Assembly: GCA_965644265.1 (NCBI GenBank)
Contig: OZ286462.1
Location: forward strand, 44,268,001 to 44,332,000
Direction of reading: 5' to 3'
Source: Glycera tridactyla
Lineage: Eukaryota
DNA length: 64,000 nucleotides
The notes under the pieces were generated by a model. It was not told where the DNA came from, did no database searches, and worked only from the letters and a program-made list of their open reading frames with translations. A program made the translations under genes and the position numbers. Shown here piece by piece: positions 26,691 to 41,083 of the stretch; the first letter of the stretch is position 1, and each line of letters starts with the position of its first letter.

Positions 26691-28199
26691 GTAAGATAAT
26701 GGAATGCAGAAAACAGGTATGAAAAATGGCTGATACTCCACAACTAATGGATGGGGTTATTTGGGATGTGACAATCATACTCCTACTCTTCTGATGGCTA
26801 ACATGCTAATGCATATACTGCTTAGTTCCAGAATAAAAATTCATCTAGGTCAATTTGTTTTTGAGAGTGGATTGGCCTCTCACAGAGCTGTATATGAGAC
26901 AAATTGTATCAGTCCACTGACAATGAAACTGTGCCCCCCATACAAACATCAGTAAAGGATGGATGATTCCAAATGGACCAATACAAGGAATGCCATGTAT
27001 GACAACACTTGTATAAATCAGTGAATCAGCAAATGTGACAATCTTACTAATCTCACAACCAATTTTTTATGGATACTTCCCATTTATAAAGATGGTAAAA
27101 TATGACTTCTATCTCAGTGGATGACGCTTCAGATTTTCCATTTTGTGTGTGTGTCTGATACTCAATGGTCAGAAGTTCAACACTGATTCTTATATCCACA
27201 AAAGTACTCATGCTTAGAGATAATGAACCAATATGAAAATCTCAGCTGATATGCTACATCACAACTGTATTCCACTTCATCTAAGACTACTCCATATTTG
27301 GGAGGGATTGATTGTTTATCCAGCGTCTTTGCTGATAATTGTGCCACCATACTTATGTGAGATGTCATGGATAGAAGGATCTCTGTTTACAAATGCAGGA
27401 CAACCTGCATGTCAAGGGCAAATGTATGCAATAGATAGATGGAAGCAATGATAAGTCCACCCCAACCATGATAATATCCCAGCAGGGAAATTATCAGTGG
27501 ATCAGATCACTCCGCGAGTGGAATAACAATACAGAACCTCGACCTTAGCGGTTACTACAGCAATGCCCTATCTCACAACGGGTACTGACCACTATCGGTA
27601 GTGGACAGTTGTACAAAAGTCTAGGTAGTGAACATGACCCTGAAATGAATATTATTTCTCACAAGACTTTACCTATGCCAGAATACATCTAAGTAAAGAA
27701 AGCCTTCATCAATGATGAAATCAGCTCTCCCACTGGAGAAAATAATCCTGCATAATAGAACTTGCAGAGGGACTCTTCTAATAAATTACAATGTAATCGC
27801 CATCAAGACAAGTTTTTTCCAGTCTTTCAAAGAAAACAATGAGCACAAACGGAACCACATGCTCGGCATCATAATGACTGAATCGCACTTCATTAGCAAT
27901 TCACGCAATAATCCAAGTCATCTGAAATGCATTATTTATGCAGCAAGTTCTATTACGGCACTGAGAAGAACTCGATAAACAAATCACAGACGTAGGAGAG
28001 TGAGAGATCGAAAGGCATCGGGGACACATGTTTGATTTAATTTGCTTGACAGCCGACATGAATCCAATCTTGCACACTGATCACTGCTCCTCGCCTCTGC
28101 AAACAAGCCCAGATCCACCAGACACTCAGGCAAGACCTCTGGGACACTTCTATGTTTTCATTTCCATATTTTAAGAAACCTTTCAAAGATGCAATGATA

Positions 28200-29720
28200 T
28201 TAGTTTTACATCAGAAGTTTGCCCCCATATTCCAAATGTTTCTTGGCAGCATCCTGGGTCTTATGATCTCCAGTGAGTTCAGAAAAGTGTGGATTCCAAC
28301 CAGCTCTCCGAGAGATACAATTGTAACCTTTGCAGAACTAGAACGATATTGATGAAAAGCCTCCAAAATCTATCTTTCCTACTTGTCTGATCTATCAATG
28401 AATGGTAAATGGAATCTACTGACAAAAATTCAATTTTGTGATAAGTGAATTTATCTACAATTTCAGCCAATTTGACAGATATGAGCATTGATCCCAACAG
28501 GCTGCCCCATAAGCCACCTAGTAGCACATAATGTAATCAGCAGCCTCTCTCTGGTAGATGGGTTCAGCAAACGAATACAGGCAGCCATCTTGACTGAAAA
28601 CAGTCGAAAATGGGGATCACTCATTAGCAATAATTCTTCTGAGAAATGCAGACAAATCTTTGGCTCATTTGCTACATTTTGATAAACAGGAAATGGAACT
28701 CATGAGTAGAGTAAGTATCTATAATGTGTATTTTTCCAAATGATGTGAGTGGTTGTGCAGATTGAGTAGTTGCCATAACTATTCGAGAATACAGCTCAAA
28801 ACATGTGCTACAGATCAGTGAAAGCAATGACCATATCCCATGAGATAGGACTGCCATAAGATTTCAAAAGGCCACATCCGAGTGAAATTTCACGGAAACG
28901 CCACTCTTAGGGATACCGTCTATTTCATTGAATTGCCATGGATCTTCAATTAGTACCATAGGATATTACCCACTATATCTTATTGTTTTATCTTCAAGGG
29001 AATTTGCAGGATCTATGGTATAGATTCCTCTCTTAAACGGAACACAAGAATCTGGCATCTCAACCAAAACAATTCTGGTACTACTTGGGTTACACCATAT
29101 CATTTTCAATACTTCTCTTTCCTGCATAACAAACTTGTCAAAAAGATAAACAAATCTGAATGGTATTTTTATAGTTATCTGGTCCATTCAGCTCAAGTAA
29201 ACAAAGCAGGTTTACACAGAAGAGATGAGATCTCTTCATGTCGTTACCCTCAAGGGGATGAATGTGTCTATGGCGGGAATTCCATCGATCCCAAGATGTT
29301 CACTCCATCTCTCACCAAAAAACATGTGAAGCCATTCATACACACTTGCCATGTGTGCATTGATTCTGATACCATTTTTCTAGTGGTTCATTTTTGCCCT
29401 ATTCAGACGATACGCATTACTAAAAACATCACACTTCCCCAGGCAGATCCGAACTCCATGCCCTGAACTATGAAGCACATGAATTGTGAGAAAAACATGA
29501 ATGCTGCGCCCAAAAGGCACATGCTATCCAGTGTACCTGGCACTTTGGGTACATTAAAATGTAATATGGTACATAGAAGTGGCACCAATGTATCCTGATG
29601 GCACTCAGTTATCCTGGTCAGGAAATCCTGCGCCCTCCATTCCGATACTGACGTATTTATATGCATTGGCCAATTTTCAGGTATGTGATCCAAATTTCCT
29701 TCAACATTCAACTGCAGACA
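28200..29720 (-). pseudogene. Decayed coding-like remnant, possibly Gypsy pol (RNase H / integrase)
   Basis: Stop-interrupted minus-strand peptides PENWPMHINTSVS (PFxLxTDAS-like) and IEDPWQFNEID (PWQxxxID-like); motif spacing imperfect. Confidence 0.2.
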
Positions 29721-29802
29721 TAGTTCTCAGAACTTGGATGTATTCATATTTTGAAGAAATGATTCCATCAATTTGACTATGCCATGATGATTGCGATGAA
29801 TA

Positions 29803-29980
29803 CAGTTGAACTTGTCCTAAGCATGACTTGTACTAAGCAAGAACTTGCTCTAAGCAAAAGGTATTTCCTGATCCCATCAGGGTATTTTCTACTATAATTG
29901 ACCTGTACTAAGCGTGAACTTGCTCTAAGCACACAGTTTTTTTGTTTCCCGAAGCTTCCTGCTTAGGACATGTTTGACTG
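29803..29980. mobile_element. Tc1/mariner-type MITE
   Basis: 21-bp TIR CAGT(TG/CA)AAC(T/A)TGTCCTAAGCA, TA on both sides. Confidence 0.85.
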
Positions 29981-32900
29981 TATGTGCATATAAATATGCA
30001 AAATAATTGGCAAACTGAACTCACGAGCTGCAGAGGGTTCATCCAAACTGCAAGACAGCAGTGTGTGACCTGACTCAAAGCTTTTGCATGCACAACGAAA
30101 GGTTTCATCAGTTGCCTCTTTTCCTCAAGGCATGTAATTTTTCATTGCAATTCTGAGTCTGTATGCAGGAGGGTAGCAAGGAATAATTCATACGTGTAAA
30201 TTGCACATTGTCCCAACAAATTAATTTCATGTGCTTTTTAACTACACTTGATCATACAGCTGAGAGCCTGACTCCCATAAGGCATTCTTTTTGACAAAGC
30301 TTCATTCAACTTTATTTGTTCTTCAAAACTGGTGCTTTCTGGTTGCAGATATAATTGCAGAGAAATAAGAGAGAAGAATTCTGGGGAGAAATGCTCATTC
30401 ATTGCAGGTCCCAGATTGAGGATGGCCTCATCGCCATTATCACATTCTAGGATGATTGATATGGAATGCTCCTGATGACTGTGAGCCAGTGCCATAGATT
30501 TCATTCATTTTTCATGGCAAATTATGAAGATTCATTGCTAAAACTCAACATGTGATATAAACTTGGGAACTGGTCACAAGCGACCACTCGGATTTAGAGC
30601 AAATAGTGGACTTATGAAGAAGAGATCTCTCATGAAATTCGTTTTACTTTTCTGAATGAAAAGAGGTATCATAATATGTCCTATCAACACAGGTTGTTTC
30701 TCCCCCAGGGATCTCAACACAGATTGTGGCATAGCTATCAAATACTGTGATTGCTTCAATTATGAGGATTAGGGCTGATTTTGACATGATATTGGTAGTA
30801 GTAGTTGTTGTTGGCAGTAGTACAGTGAGAGCTGATATGAGGGACTGCTTCAAATATCACCAAAAAGTGATCTCTCCGAATCAAGAGGAGGTCTCATCAG
30901 AGATACATTCGACAAATTTAAATAGAAAAGCTATACCGAGAAAGCTGTCTTACGTCAAGGATGTTCTTCCAATGTTGTAGCTCTCCTGGTGCCTGCAGAT
31001 ATTGAAAACAATCTGATGTTCTTTTGAATTCCTCTCTCATTTTCAACAGTTTTCTCTCAATGACCTCTTTGACACTTTCTGCTAGTCCCCAAGTCATTGG
31101 GATGCATGAGCATCTTCGGATATTAATCCTCAATATAACTGTAATTTAACGGGACGATTTAAGTGTACCCATCTGTGGTTGAGATACCATAGACAGGTTG
31201 AATGACAGGGCCTTCGCCCCATCAAAAAACTAATTGTTATGCAGTGACCCATCCCAATATAACTTTTTTAATTACACTCCCAACTTTGACTAATTAGAAC
31301 ATTCCATGCTGATAGCCGAGAGAGCTACATCGACGTGACAAGTATGACTAATTCACTCACATTCTTCATGTTCCGCCATCATGAAATGTGTTCGGGATGG
31401 AATAATTGGATTTGCTGTTTACCAATTATGCTTAATTGCATTTAAGGCACAAACCATGTTAAATTAAGTCATGTCAGGTTAAATCAAAGCGAGTTAATAT
31501 AACGATGCATACAAATAAGAGGCATTGACTTCGACGAAACAAGAGTAGCTTGTCATGTGCTACTAAAGCAAGGTTTCCACTTCCAGTTGAATGCTGGATA
31601 CTGTTCAAATCAGAATCCCGCCATAGTCTCTCATCAGAAAGCACAGTTCCCATCTATACGTTTATGCAATATCACCTTTCTGAGAAAACTTGGATGCCAT
31701 GCATGGGATCGATTGTTAATTTTTTTGTGAGAAAATGTGCCATAAAATCCATAAAATTCAACTGAAAATATTATCATGAAACTATGCATCTAGATAACTC
31801 TTCATGTACACACTTTCTGTTCATCTCCTCATTCGTCTTTTTCATGTGGATATTTCCATTTGTGACAGATATCAAATAAAGAATATCAGTCATATTGAAA
31901 AAGGTTTTCTCACAACACATAATATGGAATTGCATCATTTCTGAGTATGATAATTCTATTTGTTCAGCCCCTCTTCAGGTTTACTTGTCTTTTATTCATG
32001 ACGAACATGTGAGAAATCATATCTGAAGGGCCTGGAGGATTGACTTCTCATAGAGCATTAGATGACTAAACTATCATGATGTTGGAAATTGTAACTTTGA
32101 TGAAATAAACCAGTCGAGGGGGTGTAGCCAGTACTGTGATACAGTCCTGCCCTTATTTAACACATTTCAACACTAAACAGATGCAGTGAAGACTATGCTG
32201 GCTGGACAAAACATATAACTCATACACCATTCACTCACTCCAAATTCACAACTTTTTACACTTTTAAAATACAGTAATATACACAATAGCGATCCATTAT
32301 CATTGAAAGATGAGTGGAACTGACAAAGGTCTATGGTGAGCTCCCTCATTTGGGATTCAAGAACAGCATTTATTTTTAAACCTCGCCGTGAATTGGTAGT
32401 GGGTAATCGATTAGTATTGACCAACTGTCAAAGTGAAGTATGGGGCCAGTGAAGGCAGCCATGTTAGCTAATTTCTATATATGGGACAAGCGTGGCGCAC
32501 CCCTAAGTAAATTAAGGCAACCCTGGGGCTGTGGCGCATCTCGCAATCTGCTGAAGCCAGCACCACCTTCACAGCCTCCGACTTCAACAACACAAATCTT
32601 CAATAAATGGTAAATGTGAGCATGGCGACAATGGATGATAGGGCTGTCTCGTTTTCAGAGGTGTTTGCTAATTTGTTGAATACAGAGCAATCTCAAGATT
32701 GTCATACATCTAAGGAAAATCTTTTTCTCAGGCTACTGGCCTCATGTGGATATGTTGGCTACTCAATTATTACCTGGGATCTATCATGTACCAGTACCTT
32801 CATTCGAGAGTGTGGGCGGAAATTTTGGAATCATGGTTTATTATTATCTTTCAATTGTGGTGGATACATGAAGGAGTATGCAGTCCTGATCATAATTCAG

Positions 32901-33109
32901 ATAATTCTCAGCCACTGATATGTCATGGATAGTGAAAAGAATTATGCCTGTTGGGAAGATACATCACACAATGCAAGCCATATCTGTATGAAAAGGGGTA
33001 AATCAATTGCAATTGAAGATGTAAGTCATACTCAAACATGTTCCACAATGACTTGGCAAATCCTCAACAAATAATATAGGGAGATACGACCAATATATGC
33101 TTGATAGTA

Positions 33110-33686
33110 CAGTGAAACCTGCAACAAGAGTGACCGCCGTAAATGCCACCAAAAAGGGTCTCAGAACCGGTGGTCACTCGTAGGAGGTATATTTGACTAT
33201 GTCAAATAGAAAAGCTGCCCTGGAAAAGTAGTCCCCTGTCAGAGTTGGTCTCTTATCGGGTCTTCCTTCACAGGTTTCACTATAGAATGAATAATGAGGT
33301 GAGAGGCCACCAGAACATCACCAGAAGTTTGTTTCTCGAAAGAGGTGTTCTCATGTCAGACTGTGTCATATCGGAACGCTGCTTGGAATGTGATGTCTTC
33401 CATCAGAGGTGGTCTCACTGCAGGTTTCACTATATGACATTCCAACATGCCTGAATGACCACCACTACATACAGCCTCGCATAATCCTGCCTGGGTTGAG
33501 GAGATGTTTAGTCCAACTTGATCAATCAACCACCTCTCAATAAACTTCACCTGCCTACAAAGACCACCATGAGGAGCGACCATGATAGTATCCTCAAAAG
33601 TAAATGTCCTCTCTATAAAAGCCACTCGCTAACAAAGGCCACATTTTGATGTGTCAGAAGGTGGCCCCTATAGACAGGTTCCACTG
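33110..33686. mobile_element. Cluster of Tc1/mariner-type MITE copies and fragments
   Basis: ta-cagtgaaacctg at 33110; caggtttcacta ends near 33282 and 33432; caggttccactg at 33686; shared gaggtatatttgactatg core. Confidence 0.75.
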
Positions 33687-34789
33687 TGTGTGTTTAAATA
33701 TGATATAGATGGGTAGGAAGGACTTCATAATATAAAGAGTTTGATAGTCATGGGGCCCAGTTGGCGGTGTAAAGGAATGCAGTACAGACAAATTCAGTGT
33801 GATGAAAAAGATGCCACTTTCCCCGTGCAGATGACTGATGGGAGGTATTTGACACCAAGGAGGCAATTAAAGTTTGATCACACACCTGTCAGGAGGTCAT
33901 TATTGTCCATGACAGATCCACCAGCGGGAGAAAGGTCATGACATTCATTCTTCAAAAACCCCTAGTATCAATTGGTTGCTATCTATCAAGTGGTCTCCTT
34001 CCTATTAAAGTCAAGGATTTCCTTATTCACTCCAGTTTTGGGCATTCTCTATGACTCCAGGTAATTCCCCTTATGCAGTGACATGATGGAATGTGGAATA
34101 TTATTCTGTCAAAGTCTCAGTCAGTCATGATATTTTTGATGGATTCAAACTCATCTGCTACTCTTTAAGCATTTTTATTGGTTTCCATTCATTTATTTAT
34201 TGTTATAACAATTTGATAAACGGATGAAAAAATATATGACTGAAGTAGCTGAATGATTTCCTGAATTGAGGTGTCACACAAGAATATACTGTCCATCAAG
34301 ATATGAACATCTTATGGTAATAGACACCCTGAACAAAGATGCAATGAAGGTGTTACATTCACAGAAAATAGAATCACATAAAGAGGATGCCAGTATAACA
34401 AATATTTGGCAATCACTAGTGACAGGAGAGTATTCTAGTGACAGGTACATGTCTTAAATGTGTAAATTGAGAATATCCACATTTTCATCACACAAAGCCT
34501 CCCACAGTAGTGGTATTCATCGGCTGAATCAGATCTAGTGACTGAGTGACAGGACATACTACATTCAGATCAGGCACACATGTATGAGATCGCCTTGATT
34601 CAAATCTCCCTCCATCAAGTTCTTGGTGGGAGAGTAATTGGATTGAAGTATCCTTAAATTCAAGTTGTTATCGATCATCATTCTGTTGGCTAATCAAACT
34701 ATGAACTTAGTGGTTATATCCCAGATATTTCACACATACTCCAAGCACATCTTCAGTGAGGTAAACACTGGAATTCTCTATCCAGATGG

Positions 34790-34897
34790 ATTTAGGGGGC
34801 ATATCAAAGTCCATCTTCATCAACAAGCAGGACCCCCACCCTCATTTAGGGGGCATATCAAAGTCCATCTTCATCAACAAGCAGGACCCCCACCCTC
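34790..34897. repeat. Perfect two-copy 54-bp tandem duplication
   Basis: atttagggggcatatc...ccaccctc at 34790 and 34844, identical. Confidence 0.97.
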
Positions 34898-34935
34898 AAC
34901 AGAGACCAAGGCAGGTACTTACTTCTCCCTATATA

Positions 34936-35101
34936 CAGTCAAACCTGCTCCAAAGACAACCTCTCAACGAAGACTACCCTGAGCTATACACATGTATAAC
35001 CCTGGTAGTTCAACAGTAAATCACCTCTCTATAAAGACCAACTGCCTATAAAGCCCACTTTTGATGAGACTGGAGACAGTCTTTATAGACAGGTTCGACT
35101 G
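34936..35101. mobile_element. Tc1/mariner-type MITE
   Basis: Ends cagtcaaacctg / caggttcgactg, TA on both sides. Confidence 0.8.
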
Positions 35102-35946
35102 TATATGAGTTGTCAAGTGAGGCCATGTGATGACAAAGGTGTACCACCACATTAGAAACTCACTGATAAAGGGTGCAGAGATATTTCCAGAGAGTTTGGC
35201 CTTAAACTTTCAAGTATGAGTAAAGAGAATTTTCGCCAATGAACACCAGATATTTTAGCTTTATGGGAACTTTAAAAGTCGATTCATGAGTTGTAATATG
35301 ATTTGGGTACATGTTTATACCATGTTTATACATCTTTATACCATAAATTTCCATGCATTCAAAACTGCATAAGGCATCCCCCTAGTAGCCATGGCAATTG
35401 AAAGCACTTGAAATCATACATATGTTTTAATAAATGGGTTTGTTGCTGCATCCATACCGGTGGTTGATATTCAGTTGAAATTTTACAAATTGCTGACATC
35501 AAATGAAATGTAGGCATGAGCTGGTAAATAACAAGCCAAACCCGAAATGAGAGCCAGAAACTTCTGTAGGCAAACTTTCAAGCCGTGATGTTCTCCCAGT
35601 GCTATCACATTCCAGGATATTCATAACACTCAATATGAATCTGGTTAAGTGAAAATTGATTTGCACACTCAGCACTTTATTCCACAAGTGTATGGGAGAT
35701 GCCGGTGCTGCGCCCAATGCCAGTATGTTGATTTATCCCGGCTGAACAAATGCGCATTTTTACCTCCGTTCATATACATTTTAACGATTAATAGCAGCAA
35801 AATTTTTATTTTGACAAACTAACCCCCGATTCCACCAAATGAGTCGGTCATTTCTTATATTATGTTGGGAAAAATCATGAATGGCTTCCCTTGCCTAGAT
35901 TTGTGAGATGGTATTTATGGTTGCTTTGGTTGCAGGGAATATAATA

Positions 35947-36108
35947 CAGTAAAACCTGCTATGGGTGTAAGTCCAGTTTTTGTGCTCTGATATAGTAAGT
36001 CCAGTTTTTGTTGGCATTTAGAGTGGTCTCTCACAGCCGATTTGAGTGTACATACAAAGTGCAGTCAAACCTGTCTATAAAGGTGGTCTCTCACAGCCGA
36101 TTTGACTG
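35947..36108. mobile_element. Two adjacent internally deleted MITEs
   Basis: 35947-36048 and 36062-36108 share the gtggtctctcacagccgatttga(g/c)tg-ta end. Confidence 0.7.
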
Positions 36109-39100
36109 TAGATGAATTCACCCCACCTCACCTGAATTGAAAACTGATCTACTGTGATCCCTCATCCTCTGAATTATGAATAGCATTTTATCTGTTGTAA
36201 AAAGGTGAAGTACTGCCTGTTTTCTAGCCCCCCCCCCCCCCCCCCCCCCCGCACAGACACACACACACACATATACTCGCAAGCTCAATTCCATACACAA
36301 TAATGCAATTAGTAAACAAAACATTTCAACTATTTTGTACTATCAAACTTCTAAATGAAGAATCCGGCAAAGGATTGATTTCACTGAACAAATTTGACTG
36401 TAGTATGCGTACATGTATGAAATAATTTCTTCTCTCAAGTATTGCCTTGCACTGTTAATGCCTTGTTGAGACCTCCATCATTTTACATCGTTCAAATACT
36501 GAGGAAGAAAAAACGGCTTGCTGAAACTGCTCAACGGTGATGATTCTTGATAGACATCAATCCTCGAAACAAATGTAAACATTGTTATAGCAGTTTCTCC
36601 TATTATCGCTCATGGCCGGTGCCTGTATATTTACACAGCGCCCAATAATTTGATTCTCTTAGACACTCATTCCGGTGATGTCTGATTTCTGAATGATGAT
36701 AACCTTGTTAAAGTATTGTCATACCTGCCAAAGTAAACACTGGACTGATTCACCCAATGGGATATCAAGTATAATTAAATGACAACTTCTACGAATTATG
36801 CAAATATGAAACCTTTAACTCAAAGAATTTCGAAAAAGACAAAATGATCATACTCACAAGAAATCAAGGCATTTCACAATACATTAAATTAAAATTGTGA
36901 GTATGACCACCAAGTCGGAGAACACATTCATTACAAACCTATTGAAAATTGGATGAACACTAAAATGATATAGTTCCATGCTGAATTAATTTTTACGAGT
37001 ATTTGTTTTGATGATTCGTGCAATATCTCTGAGGAATACACAGATAAAATTGCGTCCAAATCAATCTCTGGTGGTAGCAACAGTGCAATTCCTACTATCA
37101 ATAATGCCCCTACTGCCACCCCAATTAACAGCTACTGCCGCTACCACTGTTTCTGCCACTGCCCCTTCTACAGGTGATGAATCTTTGACACAATGTCTAA
37201 CAGCTGAATTGGGGATTCTCGATATTACATGAAGCTTCAAGTGCAATGGGGAGAGAAAAATCAGCAATGCAATGAATGATTCACAGAAGAAAAATTTCTA
37301 ATCCATCATTTGTAATCAGAACACACATTCTCTTTCGATTAGAAATTATTACTAGTGAAATCTGACATACCTGATCTTGAATTTATTTGTGATGTTTTTT
37401 TAAAAAGGAGTGATCTTTGTTGAATTCATGTGTGATACTTGTGGTCTTTGTTGAATTCATGTGTGATACTTGTGATCCTTGAATAACTCTTGCAACTATT
37501 CCTTTCATAAAATTAAACCTGTTCTAACCAGGCATTTACCAGAGGGAGTCTGCCTAGGACAGCATGATGCTCCTTGCAGGTTCAAGCCTCAATCAATGGA
37601 TGCCAACAATGATGGATTTGTGCATATAAATTGACTGAGCATGATAGCAGGGATGTGATTGACTAACGACCAAAACCTGCACTGTCCGAAGGCACTTTTC
37701 ACCAACATTTTGTGAACGTAGAAACACTTACAATTACTGACCAATGGGTACAATAACTCCAGATGCACACTTTGCTGATCCAATATTCTTGCTATAAAAT
37801 CCTGAATAATGAACATAATTTCTTTTGATATATTGATGGATTGCTGGGAAAATGGTCGAGAACATGGAAATCTGCAGAGCAATCCCATCCCTGTGATCAT
37901 CACAGGGTGCGAGTGGTGGGGGGAGGGGGGGGGGGGGGGCATGAGAGAGATTAAGATGGGTGATTTTACCACTTGGGAAATCTCTAAGTTGCACCATGGA
38001 AATCAATACATGTGGCTGCCCAGAACAAGTAAATCTCAATTCAAATCTTTCAGGGGAGACCAGAATGACTGCTTAAGTGCGATCAAGAAATGGCTGGTAG
38101 GTCCAGGTGTCCTTTCAGCAGGTTCAACTGAATCTGAAGTAAAATCCGTGGCAAACTTTTCCATTTACCATTTGCTCATCGAACAGTACACAGGACCTTG
38201 GAAGTAGGAGTCACCTCATTACAATGATCACCTTTCCTACATCACAGACAATCTGGTTAGGATACATGTATTTTATTGAATATCCTCATCAATCACATAA
38301 TGTGCACCTCAACCACATATATCCACACCAAGCTTTGACAGATATCCGTGCAGTTGACAGCTGTCGGCGAGACATCAATCTGGGGAGTATGAGTGATTGG
38401 TTGCTTCTAGGACACAAATGGAACGGGGTTCAGTTTTCTGAATGAATATCAGGCATCTATTGGCTTTAGTTTGAATCTTTCACCAGCTGAGAAACCAACT
38501 AGGCTCTGTATGTAACATATGTAGCACAGAGGTAAACCTTTTCCTAAGTGTGGGTGTGAGAAAAGCACTGAAACCTGTAACAAGCAAGCCTGTGATGAGC
38601 AATAGTACAGTGTAGCCTGCAAAGATGAAGCAGTCAAAATCCCTCAAAACTCAGTCCCTCGGGACTTGTGTTGGCTGCTCACATACATATTTGTGAAGGA
38701 ATGATAGTAACTTTTTTGAGCCATTGGCTACCAACTTTCAGGATATGCTAGCCAGAGGGTAAATTTGGTAGCCATTGGCTACCCATGTGCAGAAACTTGG
38801 AGTCCTGCGACATGGCAATTATTCCAGTTTAGACTGTCCTTGTGGTGCCCTAGCAGAATAGAGTCTGCATGTCTAAAAAGATACCAAGTGGAGAACAAAG
38901 ATGGAGTTATGTATATGGCTATCTGTGTGGGCATGCACTAAAAGATGAGCCAGGAAGTGGGATTAGTGGTGTACTCTTTATCTTTCACAAATGGAACTGA
39001 CTTAAATTTGCTGCAAATTTCATGAAAATTGATCTGCCATTCGGGATCCTGGTGTAGAATTCTGGAGTCATCCATTCCCTAACTTTTGCCGGGCATCTCA

Positions 39101-40789
39101 ATATTACCCACACTATAATAGTAAGATGGACTGCAACCAACCAACCCAGTTCTGACTGCGATCCATCCCATGAGTGAAGCTGAAGTTGACAGTCATCGAG
39201 AGCGGAGATTGGGACATTGAATGGAGGCGAATGACGTCAAAGGCAGAGATTGGGATGCGGAATATAGGCCAATGAACATCCCATGATCAATAGTGGAATC
39301 TTGCCTTAAGCACCTGACATGGCACTTGAAGGACTGGGTGTCACCTATATATATATATATATACCAGTAGACATGGTATCCTCGCTCTCTCTCTCTGTCC
39401 CACGATTTACACAATTCAATGAGAAGAGAACCGCAGAGATCGGTGTGTGTGCACCCGGGAGATGAGCAATGAGTGCTGAGCTACTGACTTCCTGCTGATT
39501 CCCTCCACCTCATGAATGGATAATTCAATTTGTCAAATTCAATTGGCCCTCAAAGAATGTGCACTTGTAGCGTAGAGGCATCACAAGCCCTGTTAGCAAG
39601 CTGTGTGGATTTATGGGTGTGCACTTGAGTGTGGTCCATGTTGTGATGTATTGTGGTGCATGCATTCACAGTCAAATCTGTCCTAAGCAAGCGGCCAAGG
39701 AAAGATGCAAAAGTGCATGCTTAGAACAGGTGCATGTCTAGTGGAGGTGGAAATACTCTAGTGGGATGAATACTGCATGGTACTGGCTTCGTGCTGTGTA
39801 TGCTCAAAGCAGGTTGGACAGGGTGTGTACAAGTGAGTGTGCATGGATGTGTGATGGTTTCTTTGTGGTATGTGAGCATGTGTTGGTTGTTACATAAACA
39901 GAGAGTAGAAGGCACCGAGAAGTAGTGACAGTAGTTTGGTTCGGATATCGCAAGATGGTGCCCCCTCCCCACCCTGAAAGGTGTAGAGATGGAGAGTGAG
40001 AGAAAAAGAGAGAGCATACAAGACAATTGCTATGGCTTTCTTGGAAGTCATAGCAAGAGTACGTCTGTATACTAATTTGACATACAACCGTACTGCAGTT
40101 GAAAAGAATGATGGCCGACATAATGATATCTTCCTACCTGGAAATGAACCATCTTTTCACCTGAGCGGTCGTGATCTAAAGCCTGTGGCTTCGCATTCAT
40201 ATCCCAATCCACTGGTATTCTATATACCGAGTGCATGAATATAAACTGGCCCAAAGGTAGCGTTGACTGACAGACATGATATATACCTCACCGTAATAGC
40301 GAAATAAACCACCAAAATAGCCATTTGCAGTCGACGCAGGAAAGGCAAACTGTTGTATATGGATGACAGCTTGAAACAGTCCTAGAACGCAAATCATCTC
40401 TAGAGAGTGTTGGTTAGCTCACCAGCCCACCTGTGATCTGTTTCACTTATGTTTGTATTCACCCTGAATTGGTTTGTGTATTCCCAGTTGCCGTGGTTCC
40501 CATAGACAATAATGATGGCTGTCATCAATAAACTATATTCACCAGGAGGTAGAGCTATTGTTGCAGCCACTGTTTTCTCCAGCTTTTTTTGTATCTTTGT
40601 CTCCTTGCACCCTTTATGATTGTAGTTGATGATTCAAGCTGCTGATCAGGAAAATTCACTTCCTTTCAGTACAAACACAAGTTGTGTGAAGAACATGTGA
40701 AAACTCATCTCAACTATGTGAAGACAGTTTATCTTCTCACAATTTTCGAACAGATTGCAAAAAAAATTGTCCAACTCACAGTCAGAATG

Positions 40790-41083
40790 ATTTGCATTCC
40801 TTGTGTCCAAATTATCCCTTGTGGAAGTTTTCAATGATATAATAAATATCATAGTTTTTGCTGTCATTTCTTAATAATAATCTTCAAATTGAAGAAATAT
40901 TTCTAATAATTGAGTTGATTGCAAAAATCTAACCATCAAAATCATTTGCATTCCCTGTATCCGAATTATCCCTTGTAGAAGTTTTCAATAATACAATAAA
41001 TATCATACTTTTTGCCGTTATTTCTTAATAATAAACTTCAAATCGAAGAAGTATTTCTAATAATTGAGTTGATTGCAAAATCT
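40790..41083. repeat. Two-copy 154-bp tandem duplication, diverged
   Basis: atttgcattcc...ttgattgcaaaa at 40790 and 40944. Confidence 0.9.

Noticed and set aside
37580-37634. EF-hand-like loop MDANNDGFVHIN after a good acceptor
   Set aside because: A stop codon sits at loop position 12 where Glu is expected; no donor or flanking helices
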